DNA of 62,988 nucleotides, filler included, from Asterionella formosa (Eukaryota): NCBI GenBank assembly GCA_002256025.1. It is 12 parts of 12 records of this genome, joined end to end, with 100 filler letters (N's around TTAATTAATTAA, not from the genome) between each part and the next. Parts side by side here need not be neighbours in the genome. Positions count along the whole stretch, not along the records: positions 23,835 to 47,559 come from NKIB01002405.1; 11 more parts are not named here. One strand, given 5' to 3'. The notes under the pieces were generated by a model. That model was not told the origin of the DNA. It saw nothing but the letters and a program-made list of their open reading frames with translations, and searched no databases. Both the position numbers and the translations under genes were made by a program. The stretch's first letter is position 1, and every line of letters starts with the position of its first letter. This document shows, one piece after another, positions 33,933 to 45,906 of the stretch.

Positions 33933-35792
33933 ATGGACGAAGCACGGAATGATACTGCGAAGTTGAATGTCTTCAACGATGACGAAAACGACTGGGACAT
34001 TGCACCGCTTGATGAATCGAAATCACACGCAGATGCGAATGAAGACGTTCTTGCTTTCTTGCAGCAACTTGACGCACCATCTATGTGCTCACAAGAATCA
34101 TCTAATTTGCCGGCAGAATTGCATCCAGCAGTCAGTTTAGGAATGCAGCGAGTGTCGTCTTGCTATTTTTCCATTCCCGGATCCGAAGCAAGCAACTCTG
34201 TGGCGGATTTACTATCGCTTGTCGATGAGCATGACCATGACGCGGAAGAAGCACTAGACAGCCCCCGATCAGCGGTTCAGTGGAATGCTGCAGAAGTTCT
34301 CTACCACGATATCATGATGCATGTATTCACATTTCTCGATGTGTCGGCGCTCGCCGCTTTTTCACAGACGGCCCTTCGACCCAATTTCGAATGCTTCTAC
34401 TTCTTACAACTGCAACTACAGTCATCCATTGTTGCTATGCCAGAAAGATTAGTGTTATCTGGAACATCCATCCTATCTCGGCTTGCCCAGATGGATGAGC
34501 CTTGTGCTCATAGCATTGTACAGACATATGTGGATTCTAATTCCACTTTACGCCAAATGCCGCTCTCCCACAGCCTCGCCTATATCCGACATGTTTTGGA
34601 GCGTAACGGCTTTCAACAACATATTGCGACAGGGTCTCCATCTCATGCCCTAGCATCAGCTGCCTTCTTAATTACCCTGATTGGCGCTGCCTCGGTCATG
34701 GGAACGGATTCCTCCTATTCCGCCATGTTGCCAAATATGCTCAAGGTTGGATTGGCGGGAAGTTTGATGGGAGCCGGTGTCACCGCAACGGCAGCAAATA
34801 ATGAAAATTTAAATGCCGTTATTCCAATGAGAGAAACAGCAGAAAGGATGGCGAGAATGATGCAGGAACTACCGTTGCAGTTGCTGGAGCAATTGCATTC
34901 GCTGCAAACAAAACGTGAAGTAAATGTTGGGCTCATGGCATTTCCCTCGTCAATTGCCGCTCGCATTTATGGAGCTTTTCTATCGGCCTACGGACCCATA
35001 GAAAGAAGAGAAGAAGAGGAACAACAACATAAAGGCTCGAAGCATTGTAGCAAAGCGGTGCAAGAAAATCCCGTACACCATCCCATATCTTCAAATCCAT
35101 ATGAACACTTGCCCGACTCAGGAAGCGAAACTTTGACTACAAAAATGCACAAAATTTCCGATAGAGTTCCCAGTGGCTGCGTAGGCGCCTATTCGAAAGC
35201 TATCCGACGAGCTACGCAAAAAGTCATTTCGTTGGTGCAAGACGAACGCAAGGCCAACTATTCTGCTTTGAGTGTAGACGAAAAAGGAGAAATCTCCCGT
35301 GTCTTTCTCGAATCCTGTTCGTCAGACCACTCCTTAAGCATAGTCCAAGACATGCTTCGCGTCCAAAAATCAGTTGACGTGGATGGCTTTTATGTTGGGG
35401 TCGATGGAACGGAAACTTGCGCCCTTCACACGGCCGCCTTTCATGGAGCTTGTCGTGTCTTGGACTTTCTTTGCCAGGGATTGTCGGATCACGGTAATGA
35501 TGGGGGACTGGCAAATGTTAATATCCGTGATACGAATGGATGGACGGCCCTGCATTTTGCAGCCGGTGCCAATTCTGTGGAAGCCGTTCGAATCTTGGCA
35601 ACCCACGGGGCACAACTAGCTGTGGAGGCCAACAATGGGTACACTCCCTTTCAATGGGCGCAGCGCTTGTCCAATGCACTAGTAGCTGAGGAGTTGCAGA
35701 AATTAGGAGCTGACCAGAGGTTCTTATTGGAACACTCCTTTAGCAGCATGGCACATCGCCTATTTCGCATGAGCAGAATTCAAGCCACTTAG
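33933..35792 (+). CDS. Ankyrin-repeat protein with F-box-like motif and central hydrophobic segments
   Basis: Ankyrin motifs TCALHTAAFHG, GWTALHFAAGAN, GYTPFQWA; F-box-like LYHDIMMHVFTFLDVSALAAFSQT. Confidence 0.8.
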   Translation: MDEARNDTAKLNVFNDDENDWDIAPLDESKSHADANEDVLAFLQQLDAPSMCSQESSNLPAELHPAVSLGMQRVSSCYFSIPGSEASNSVADLLSLVDEHDHDAEEALDSPRSAVQWNAAEVLYHDIMMHVFTFLDVSALAAFSQTALRPNFECFYFLQLQLQSSIVAMPERLVLSGTSILSRLAQMDEPCAHSIVQTYVDSNSTLRQMPLSHSLAYIRHVLERNGFQQHIATGSPSHALASAAFLITLIGAASVMGTDSSYSAMLPNMLKVGLAGSLMGAGVTATAANNENLNAVIPMRETAERMARMMQELPLQLLEQLHSLQTKREVNVGLMAFPSSIAARIYGAFLSAYGPIERREEEEQQHKGSKHCSKAVQENPVHHPISSNPYEHLPDSGSETLTTKMHKISDRVPSGCVGAYSKAIRRATQKVISLVQDERKANYSALSVDEKGEISRVFLESCSSDHSLSIVQDMLRVQKSVDVDGFYVGVDGTETCALHTAAFHGACRVLDFLCQGLSDHGNDGGLANVNIRDTNGWTALHFAAGANSVEAVRILATHGAQLAVEANNGYTPFQWAQRLSNALVAEELQKLGADQRFLLEHSFSSMAHRLFRMSRIQAT

Positions 35793-35913
35793 GGTCCATC
35801 ATTTATACATTTATTAGTAATGTACTGATAGTGAGAATTGTGTAATCTATTCTGGCTTTATCGTTTCAATGTGTTCATCTGATAGATTCATGTAGCTTTT
35901 TGTTACAGATTAA

Positions 35914-36447
35914 TTAAATCATTTCCAGGTCATCCACGTGCTCAAAATCCATAGTAATTTCATCGTCTTCGATTTTAGTCGACCATGGATCTTCTCCACC
36001 ACCAAGGTTTTCTCGTAAATCTAAACTTGCATATTCTTGCTCCTTTTTTCTCCAGAAAATTATCGCGTCAATCCAAGCTATTGTCAACAAAATAACATCA
36101 ATCGATAGAAATATTACAAGCGATTCTGATTTGTTCAAGCCTTGTCTTACCCGCTGAAAAATTAATCGACCTGTATCCAGCAAAAAATAGAACGCCACAG
36201 CCAAGGCTGAAAATTGCTGCCAAGTTGGTCTTGTCTCTCGAAGATAACCCAGAGTAAGCCCAATTTTCAAACACCAAACAGTGGTTCTGGCCAGATTGTA
36301 TGCCATGTAAACGGATGTGATTTGGAGACCAAAAAAGTCAAACGTTAATAGAAAGATCGATGCTACGGCGCAGATGCCGTTCAGTATGACCCAAAGGAAT
36401 GGAGCTCTTTCGGGAACGTACTGTCGTTGACAATTAAATGACTGCAT
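35914..36447 (-). CDS. Hypothetical small multi-pass membrane protein
   Basis: 177-aa ORF with about four hydrophobic helices and an acidic C-terminal tail; convergent with the ankyrin gene. Confidence 0.6.
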   Translation of the reverse strand: MQSFNCQRQYVPERAPFLWVILNGICAVASIFLLTFDFFGLQITSVYMAYNLARTTVWCLKIGLTLGYLRETRPTWQQFSALAVAFYFLLDTGRLIFQRVRQGLNKSESLVIFLSIDVILLTIAWIDAIIFWRKKEQEYASLDLRENLGGGEDPWSTKIEDDEITMDFEHVDDLEMI

Positions 36448-36746
36448 ACTTTAATCTTTGAGATTTGCAGATATTGAAGGCTTAGGTCTCTGATATTAGA
36501 CTAGACTACTTCCATAAAGGTATATTGCTTGCAATATGCTTCAATTGATTATTTTGGATCGTTGTTATCATCATCATATTGCTCAATGACTATTTTTTTA
36601 ATATGTATTTGAATCGAGCAATTCATTTTATCTGCCTCTGTTCGCTCGGTGCTTTCTACCTGGTAGCTTACATTCATAATATACAGTTACCATTACCCTT
36701 GTACCGCGGTGCGTAAAAACAACAACGACAACTCCAGTACCAGGTA

Positions 36747-36777
36747 GCTGTAAGTTGCGGTAAGGAGCCATTTTGCT
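36747..36777. mobile_element. Solitary degenerate TIR of the CCWGCAAGTTGCGG family
   Basis: TA|gctgtaagttgcggtaa(ggagcca)ttttgct; partner end not found. Confidence 0.5.
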
Positions 36778-38760
36778 GATTCACGTTAGCGGCTGAAGAG
36801 TACTAGACACAGGAATTCGAACAGAAATCAAAAGCTAGAGCGATAGCGGTTAAATCAACAACGCTTGGCGCAAACCCATGAAATCGATATGCGCCAAATC
36901 AATTTGAGCGATACGCTTCGGTCCTAAATGAGTCATTTAGAAGAATATTAGTGTAAAACAGTTTAATTTATCAGAATTTATGATAAGAAATGTACAATTA
37001 TTGTTTTAGGCACATACAAATCGTTTCAGACATTAGCAAATTAGTTTCAGACAATTTCTTGCTTGTCGACCCACTTGCACAGCCAGTGTAAGCATTCTCA
37101 GTTTGACATTGACTCCATCACGTTATTTAATTAAGGTACTGACACTGAACTGTGAATTCAAGCTTTGCTCACTGTTTTTAAAAACTCATGAGGCAACAGT
37201 AGGAAGAAAATGTAAGCTTTCTCAACAAAGATTTTCTAATCCATTCCTATTTAGATCGCATATGGTGAAAATGCCAGAGCAGTTGAATGCACCAAGGCCT
37301 TTGGCCTGCCTACGTACACACCACTGCTGTGCAGCACAGAATACAAAAATGCAAAATTTATGGGCGGACTATCTTTCTGCTCCTTGGAAGGTGTAGAAAC
37401 ACCAAAGGCACTGTGAACAGTAAACTGTGATGTCTTATTACTGGAAAGAAATGCAAATTATGACGCTCGCTTTGGTGGCATTTTAGAAAAAGTTGGGTCA
37501 GGAAGAAAAATGATCTGCTGATAATGTGTTGCTAAAAGCAAGATAGTAAGGGAAATGTTAGATCGATGATGCTGTTACCATGGCGAATAAAAAAGAATAT
37601 GCTTCCATAAATTTTCTTCAATTGATTATCTATATTTATATAATATATGGAAAAGGATCCGACTTTTTATACCATCATATCATCACCTTCAACATGGTGT
37701 AAATAATTGTTCACAGCAACCTTGGTCAACATCACTGAATCTTCATAGTATTAGGAGATCGAACCTTGCCTGTCTCGAAACATTTAATCTTGTTGAATAC
37801 CAGATGGTAGACCATGATAGTAAAGACTAAAATTATTTTTGCAGAAAATTAAGAGTATGATCAACTTGTTCTATGACGTCAGCATTATTATAATCTATAT
37901 TGCAGTAGTAAAAGAATGATAACATGAAACTTAGAATACAATTAAATTGAATCAAAAGTCTGTTCTATGACTAAAGCGTTCCCATGCCCTTTCTAAACTA
38001 GAGACCATATTATGTATGTAAGGTGTTGGATATTCATGCAATCAATGAGTACCTTGATGTGTACTAAAGACTAAGATATTTTGATTTAATATCAACACTA
38101 TACTTACAGCATGACCTATAGGATAAAAGGAGGGGTTGGGACAGGTACCCAATATTACGCCAATGATGGGGTTTGATTAAATCACTAACTATTATGTAAT
38201 GAAATTTATACTGGAAAATTTCAAACCACTTTATCAGATCGTGGAAAACAATCGACTCATCCACCAGCATTGTAGATATTTGAATTGTCTTTAGGTAATG
38301 TTAGAGATCTTGTGCTGAAGATGTACTCAGAGTAGCATAATAAGAGTACCTTTGAATCAATCGCTTCAAAATTTCGGATAATATTGAGCGAGAGTAAATA
38401 CTACCGGAGAAAACCAGAGCAGCAAGGAATCCACTGGTGGTGAGGCTACGGAAGCTCCCGGGTTTACTTTGGGGAAACTTCGGTAAAAACAGAGTTATCA
38501 CCATGGTGAAAACGCAAGCGCTCGTAACGGTTTATGAAGATACAAGGAAACCGCCAGCATCATCATAGTCACTTATTAGTGGAACAAAGGATGTAAAAAC
38601 TGCAATCCAATCACTGGAAAATAAAAGAAGTAACGATGTTTAGCTATAATCATGATGATCTGTAGATGAAACTAGCGCCAAAATGAGAGAAACTTGCCGA
38701 ATCAAGAGAGACAGCAAGAAACTGTATCGAAATGAAAGCCAAGAAATTTGTGCTCCCCTC

Positions 38761-39080
38761 TTTCAAGGCAAGTATTTCATTGTGCTACTACCTGCTGACA
38801 AGACCTGTGTTTCCCTAGTTTTGTTAGATTAGGGGCGGGGTCCCCAACCACCTTTCGCGAAAGGTGATCGTCTTAGCCGCAGTGTTAGGGGAAACTCCGA
38901 CCGCCTAGGAAGGCGGCACAAGCTGCTTGTGGGGGGGGCCACTATTTCTTGCACACCAGGCAATACCGTGCGGGACGGTAAGGAGTGTGGGAGTCGAACC
39001 CAACAATTGCGGGAATCAAACCATGAAATTTCAGATCAAAGGCAATGTGCTTGCTACCCACTTAGCCATTCCCTTACTGC
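38761..39080 (-). mobile_element. Putative tRNA-derived SINE, copy 2
   Basis: Minus strand: A-box TGGCTAAGTGG, B-box-like GGTTTGATTCCC and GGGTTCGACTCCCAC, then a hairpin-rich body shared with 17272-17609. Confidence 0.7.
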
Positions 39081-39657
39081 TACTGAATGTACTAATTGGC
39101 TTTTAGTGTGATAAGCATAAAAGCAAAGGAGCTCAAAGTTGGATCTTCTGCGTACACTGCAGAGATGAAGGTGGCTTACTGGGTCACACATCATCCTGAA
39201 TTAATACTTATCAACCAAGCCTCTTCAAGGTAGAACTATTACAATGAACTTATCTATCATCAGCCACCTTCGATGAAGGGGAGCACTAATGAAGGAAAAC
39301 AGCTGGTAACCAAGAATTTTTAGATCTATTATTATAGTCGACCTAAAGGCAAAGCAGCATTTGTTCTGATACCTCAGAATTTGTAATGTCATCCTTTAAC
39401 TGACACATGTGAAGGTATTATTATTGTTTGGACTTAGGTACTAAGCACAGAATTTTAAAAAAGGTGTGCAATTCAAAATGACAAAGTGCGGGCATTCAAA
39501 GAAGCAGATGAAGCCATGGTGATCGGGATTTAGCAAGAAGGCAAATATCGCAAAATAGCGAGAGTTTCTAGGGTTAAGGTTAATGAATACTGTTATACAG
39601 GCATATACACATCAGGGCTGCCTCCTCGTGTTTCATGGTGCTGAATCTCCCATAAAA

Positions 39658-41252
39658 AGAGCATCTCCGCCGCATCGACCAAATACCAAAGCCAATTGCA
39701 GTTGATAATATCAATACACGTCACTTGGTTGAGAATTTTTTATCAATAGTCGAATTTTTCCCACCGCATCGACCAAATCCTGTACAAGTCAAATCTCGTG
39801 CCGAAATTTTTAGCGAATAGAAATACTGGTAGCATTAGAGTGTTGTTACATGAGTATCGTTATATCGGTAAACCCGATTACTAACAATAAGAAAATGATG
39901 GGACTTTGTGGTGTGTGGTACCAGGGTACTCATACTTACCGGTATCTGCCTGGTGATGAAATGAGGAACGATAGCGACTCATCAGATGACGACTGCTCCT
40001 ACACTTCCATACATACCGGTTATACATATACAGGAAGAAAACCAGAAAAGACAAGCGAAGGAGGAGACAGAGGATCAAAGGAAGTCACTTGGCTAATGTC
40101 TGTACCAGTAGTTTTTTGAATATTTTTAGCATCACATTTCCTGTAAATTCCTTATTCTTACGCAGCTAGTAATACGCATATCTAAACTGCGCATCAAAAA
40201 CTAATATGACTATGCATCTTTATATTGGTATTCTAGATAAGAAAAACCCTTCGGTTTTTCCAATTAGCTAGAGTGATAGCTTTCCAATCAATCATACTAG
40301 TATTGACATGTAATCTGTATATTTTACCTTCATTTAGAATCATCTACTACATCACAATCATCAGTGGTGGATGACTACAGGTGGTGGGACAGTCGTGGAG
40401 TACCGGAAACACTTGAATTATTGAGATGCGATTGGATCACACCTAATCCCTCCTTCACTTTGTTCCATTAAATGATATTGCATTTATTGGCGTGAAGCCC
40501 TTTGTTAAATGGCGCAACTCTCTTGGATTCTTTTTTTAATTCTTCAGCTGATTAATCAACCATCAACACTGTACACTGTACATAATTTCACATAATGCCG
40601 AGCAAAATTGAGCATAATGTTGATCTGCAGGCAAGGGAAGGAGAGATTGATAATAGCCAGGAACATACAGCAGTCTGCCAATGATGACACATCATGGTAT
40701 ACGAGGAGGAACAATGCTGCCTTAAGAAACTCGCACATTGCTATCGATTGTCACTCTTGGCAGCGGCGCCAAAATAATCCAACTTTGGTCTTGTATGAAA
40801 CCGACATCTTCATAGGCTGCTGCTCCTGTGGATGATGATATCTTATTGGGACCGTCAAAGACTTGAAGGACAACATTCAGCAAAAGATATCATATTTTAT
40901 GGATGATGCTTTTATAGATAACTGCTAGTATTGTTCAAAGGTATTTGTACTTTGGTTTATTTTTTGTCTACATCAAGAGAGTAAGGTAAATGTGTATTGT
41001 AAGCATTTTTGGATCAATTAAACAGTTGACGCTATGTTGCCAGCGCAAGCCATAATCTAGACTAATAGGAACGATTCCTTTGTTTGGCTACGGTTGGTGT
41101 CTAAACAACCAAATACCTGAGATTTGGTCGATAAGGGAGTCATCCTTAATCAAGACCAAGGGATTCTTGGTCTTGGTCGATGCACATCATGATGTGTAAT
41201 GACTCCCAACTGCAACTGGCTTGGTATTTGGTCGTTGCGCTGGAGATGCGCT
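39658..41252. mobile_element. Non-autonomous PIF/Harbinger-like DNA transposon with about 47-bp TIRs
   Basis: Left AGAGCATCTCCGCCGCATCGACCAAATACCAAAGCCAATTGCAGTTG versus right (reverse complement) AGCGCATCTCCAGCGCAACGACCAAATACCAAGCCAGTTGCAGTTG; subterminal ATCGACCAA repeats near 39768, 41123 and 41173. GAGCATCTCC termini resemble Tourist/PIF elements. No clear TSD. Confidence 0.7.
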
Positions 41253-41369
41253 GACAAAGCCTATGAACCGGTATTAAATATAGATCGAAAAAGCTAAATA
41301 AGCTCCTACATACAAGCAGAAATAATCGTACAGAAAGAATACCGGTCCTGAATTTATTGATCAGCGACG

Positions 41370-42860
41370 ATGTTGGGTCGTTTCCTTGCCGTTGCCCCTC
41401 GGCGGGCCGTTTCTTCTCAACGGGAGCTATCTGCTCTTGTCTCGATGCTTGAGGAGTTTCCAGGGTGAGTGCCTTTCTCAAGTGAATACAGGAACGAGGG
41501 CAAAGCGGAATATTTATCATGGGCATCGGCGTTGTTGCATGTTGTGCTCCGATAGACAAGGATCATAGGGGGTACTACGACAGATAGGAATGCATCTTTA
41601 TTATTCACGGCGTCCCGCCTTCTCCACATATTATAGCGAGCAGCAAGTATACCCGCAGATTGCTAACCAACATTGCATGTTTTATGTTGTAGACTTCCTA
41701 CCCTTCGACCACAATCTGCCATGGCGAGCGCTCCATCAGTCTCCACTCTCTCCAACGGTGCCATTGTTGTGACCGAGAACGGCGCCAGTACTTCCACGGT
41801 AACCATGACCTTCCCTGGTGCAGGATCAGGTAGTGAGGGTTTCGACCAGTCCGGGGCTGCTTTGATCAACAAGTGCATGATGTTCCGAAGCGGAAGTGGA
41901 CTCTCTACTGCCGTGATTTTGAGAAACATTGATGCGGACGGCGGGGCGACGTTCACCTCGGTCGACCGCACTTCGGCCACCATTGGATTCACTATTTCTC
42001 CTGAAAAGGCAGCCCGCTTGGTTCCTCTGTTGGCTACGGACTGCACATTTGAGAAGTGGGATATTCGCGATGCCAAGACGTTTGCTAAACTTGAAATTCA
42101 GGTTGCATCTGTGTCCCCTCAAGTTTCCCTGACCGAAGGGCTTTTTGCTGCTGCTTACGGACCTCAGAGTGTCATGGGCCGTCCCCTCTACTCTGCCGAT
42201 GCTGGCACTTCCGCCATTAAGAGTTTCCACGAACGTGCGTATGGTGTAAAGGGGGCAGTTTTGGCAGCCACTGGTATTGCCGATCATGCAGCCTTTGTCG
42301 CAGCATGTGAAGAGGGATTGTTAGAAGCACCATTAGGACAAGGTGTTTCGGCTGCCGCAGCGGTTTACATGGGTGGTGAGAGTCGCCTTCATATTCCTGG
42401 CACTTATTTTACTCACGTTGCATTGGGCATGCCGGGACCTTCAAGTTCAGCCGTTGCCAACGTTGTCAAACATTGTTTGGTATTGAGCGGGGTCTCTGCT
42501 TTCACTAGTTCAAGCTTGATTGGAGTTTATGGCACGTCGCCAGCTTCTGATGCAGGAACCATGTTCGACTCTCTGAAAGGATCTTTGGCCACTCCTTCTG
42601 CCGATATTATTAAGCGTGCAAAAGCCTTGGCCAAGGCAGAAGCATGTTTTGGTCTGGAGAATGGTTCTCTTTCTCTGGCAGTTGCCATGACTAAGGGAGT
42701 GCTTGAGAGTGGAAGTTTTGGAGGAGTCTCTTCTGCTTACGACGCCGTTTCAGAAAAGGATGTGGTTGCTGCCTTTGCCATAATGCAAAAGTCAAATCCA
42801 TCGTTGGCAGCTGTTGGTGATTTAAGCTACGTCCCTTACCATGCTTCAATCCTTTCATAA
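41370..42860 (+). CDS. Mitochondrial processing peptidase alpha / cytochrome bc1 core protein 2 (non-catalytic M16 family); intron 41465-41692
   Basis: Presequence MLGRFLAVAPRRAVSSQRELS...EEFPG spliced (GTGAGT, GCTAAC, TAG) to LPTLRP; SVSTLSNGAIVVTE, AGSGSE, AAYGPQSVMGRPL, YMGGESR, PSLAAVGDLSYVP; no HxxEH motif. Confidence 0.88.
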
Positions 42861-43449
42861 GTTTAGTTTCTGATACAAAAATTTCAAGCGAATTAATGCT
42901 TTGAGCACAGGTGAACACTTTATTTTTACTTCCTGGTTTAGCTCAAATATATCCAGTATTCCAAGATAAGTCACCAATATAGCAAGCCATATCTTCTGCT
43001 TTGGAGGACTCTGGTCTCATCAAATCAGAAGACTGGAAAGTATATTTGACTTCATTTTTATGGCATCTCAAAACTATACTACTGGGATAGAAAAGATTGC
43101 ATGGCGCCCCTTGGCAACATAGGTAACTGGGATCAGTCCAACAAACATTGTGACACTGGCATGTATGTAGTGGAGGAAGGTGGATAGTGCTGGATGCCCC
43201 TTCTCATGAGAATGGCGTATTTAAAAAATTCTTGATTTCTTGATTTGCTCGCGAACCGAAACTCTCTCTATGAATATGCACTCATTGCAATGAGTAGAGT
43301 CTGGTGGCCATTTGAATTACCAGTAGTTTGTCAGGAGCCCTAATCACCCTGGGAACCCTTCCTGACCAAATTTAACTTTTTTTGCACCGTTTTTACTGGT
43401 ACCAACCACACCTGAGCTGATTTAATTTGTATTTGTTGTGTTTCTTTTT

Positions 43450-45720
43450 TATCGAAAACTGTCGTAATAGATGATTGTCCTTGTGCTGCTGCCAGCTTCA
43501 CTGAGGCCAAAATTCGCTTTTTCAGAAAAAATTCTTCTTCTTGTAGTTTGGTTGGCTTTCAATGAGTTGTTCAAGTTTGATGCGGTACAGGTGATAATTC
43601 CGGGCGCATATCAAGCCCTTATTTCTGTATAGCTCTCTAATCCTGAGATTTATAGCTGATTGAGCAATGTTGGAGTTGCTGTCATAATTGTGGAAGGCCT
43701 CATTTCTCTCTGTCCAGGCATTCATAGCTAGCAACCAGATTTGGTTTGTTGCCTCTTTTTCCCAACAAAACCTCCCTGTGGCATTGGTTTTCTGTTTGCC
43801 CTCCTGATTGTGGCTGACTGCCTATTTCCAGGACTCGCTAAGGTACCCCTGCATGGTTAATTTATACTAATATAGGCTTGATCTTTGAGTGCCTTGAGAA
43901 CCATAGCTTTTGTCGATTGCGCTGTGCAGTGTGCAAACACAGGTTCAAACTTGGTTGTGTTACCTGACAATAAATATTTATAGTAATCTATAAACACTGG
44001 TGTGACCAACTTGCCCTCCCTGACTCTATATATTTTAGAGGCAAATAACGTCATGCTCAAGTTTCTGTGATATTTGATCTTGGGTTTCTGGCATAGCAGG
44101 AGATGATCAGTATCCTCTACTTGGTTGCAGTGAGGACACTCAGCCGTGCCTTTCTCTTTGGGGACCCTTCTGATTCCCTTAGCGAGCCAACCGTGGATGA
44201 ACTTCGTTATAAAAGCTCCTTCAAACAAATATATTTGGTCTTGAATGCACTAACCAGCGAGATCCAATCAATCATCTTGAAAAGATTTTTTTTTCGGTGT
44301 GTTTCATAATCTTGTTGTTAAATACTTTTCCGCATCATGTCTGCTGCATGGCTATGGATGATCCTTATCCCTTGGATACATAGGCTAGCGTGACTAGATG
44401 GAAAGTGATCAGTGGACTCCTCAGAAATATGAATGCCTCCCATTGGATAATCTTTGACATACTGATACACCAGTTCATCAGATTTGACATTGAGTTTAGC
44501 ACTAAGATTCAGATGGTGTAGTTTCCCATCCTGATACAATTTTACCCATGATATCTTGAAATTAGCTAAACGGGAGGTTTTGACTGCTGAACCCCGTAGG
44601 TATGAGACTAAATTTGCATTTGGCAGCGGTCTCCCAATAAACATTTGCGTTGAGACCTTGTGGATACAGCACCAGCTATTGCGTTCTTGCTATTGCTCCA
44701 GAGCTGGATAAACGAGTGTGTATCAATGTCATAGTATAGCACAATTTCTGTAAGAAATGCCAGCACTGATGAAATTCCATAAAGTTATGTTCGAGTTGAG
44801 CTCCTGCCCTCTGCATGGCCATCCACCGGCCCAGAACATTGGGTGTTCTCTCTGAACTTTCCTGCAGAGAGCGTGGGGATTTGTAATGCCCACCCAAACG
44901 AGGAGCCATTTTCCGAGAGAGATCCATTTGTGCCAATCCAACAGCAAGGAAGACCCAGATTGAGGTGGCGGTGGAGTTGGTTTCATCCAATTGGCTGAGC
45001 TACAACCGTTTTAAGCAGTCGTTGTTGAAATTGGCTGAGTGTTTGAAGATGGTCCTGAAAACTTATCGGAGTTGATGCTGCCAACTCCTCTACCAGTTTT
45101 TCTCTAAATGTGAACCTCTAATTTGAGGTGAGTGAACATGGAACTATCCGAGCAGGAGGTTTTTCATGTGTACAGTGGCCCCTAGGGTTGAAGACGAGAA
45201 AAGTGAATCGACACTGGCTGATGTCAAGTCCATGTGTTGTTCCCTTGGCATGCCCATAAATTTATTTGTGGCACATCCAGTCAATATTTCCATGTCACTG
45301 ACTGGTCTACTATCCATTTTCCCAATTTTTGTTTGAGGATCATATTATCCTTGGAGATAGTAGTGAGTTATAGCATTGCACTCTCCAATCCAATTTTTGC
45401 TGCACTGTTGGTTTTTCTTGATTTGGCCAGATTAATTGGGATTGTCTGTCTGTTTGCTGCTTACAGTGAAGATTATCAAGACGCATTGTGTTGCCATCTG
45501 CTGTAGTGATATCCGCCATGGTGTTGACCTGGAGATACATGCAGCAGGCATTTATTTGTTGAAGTTTGTAGTCACTTATGTTCAATTTCTATACCAAATC
45601 CATTATCCCGTTGTCATGCTCACATTGTAGATCTATTTTACATGGATCAGAGAGGACAAAGATAATTTTTGAGACCCCATAGAGGCCTGCATATGCTTGA
45701 GCCATGGCTGCTGAAGAAGA
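43450..45720 (-). mobile_element. Degenerate non-LTR retrotransposon 3' portion (RNase H + C-terminal Cys/His motif; Ambal/L1-like)
   Basis: Broken frames on the minus strand: LQQINACCMYLQVNTMADITTADG, RNase H-like SWVK...LNVKSDELV, and FIHGWL...CPHCNQVEDTDHLLLC; many stops and frameshifts. Boundaries approximate. Confidence 0.7.
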
Positions 45721-45767
45721 TGACAGCGTGTACAAGCGTGTACTGCTACTGCTGTAAGGAATTTAAC

Positions 45768-45906
45768 AAGGTTATAAACGGACCTATTGCTTTACACAGA
45801 TTACCAATGCAACAACATGGCTGATGAGAAATCGGGCAAGGTTATTCGTCTGAAAAAGTTTGATGAAGATGAATCAAACTGGCATGAATGGAGTGTCAAA
45901 ACTCTA
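45768..45906 (+). mobile_element. Copia-type gag 5' fragment with PBS-like GGTTAT
   Basis: caaGGTTATaaac upstream of ATG 45817 MADEKSGKVIRLKKFDEDESNWHEWSVK (gag N-terminal F...W..W pattern), then truncated. Confidence 0.45.

Noticed and set aside
38850..38930. HDV-like ribozyme in the SINE body (GCC-TTCCTA-GGC and GGCTAAG motifs)
   Set aside because: I could not build P1/P2 pairings, and GGCTAAG is not conserved in the second copy (GGCTACAG). An RNArobo or Infernal search would settle it.
38960..39080. Functional tRNA gene
   Set aside because: A and B boxes are present but I could not build a full cloverleaf, and the sequence continues into a repeat body shared with 17272-17609.
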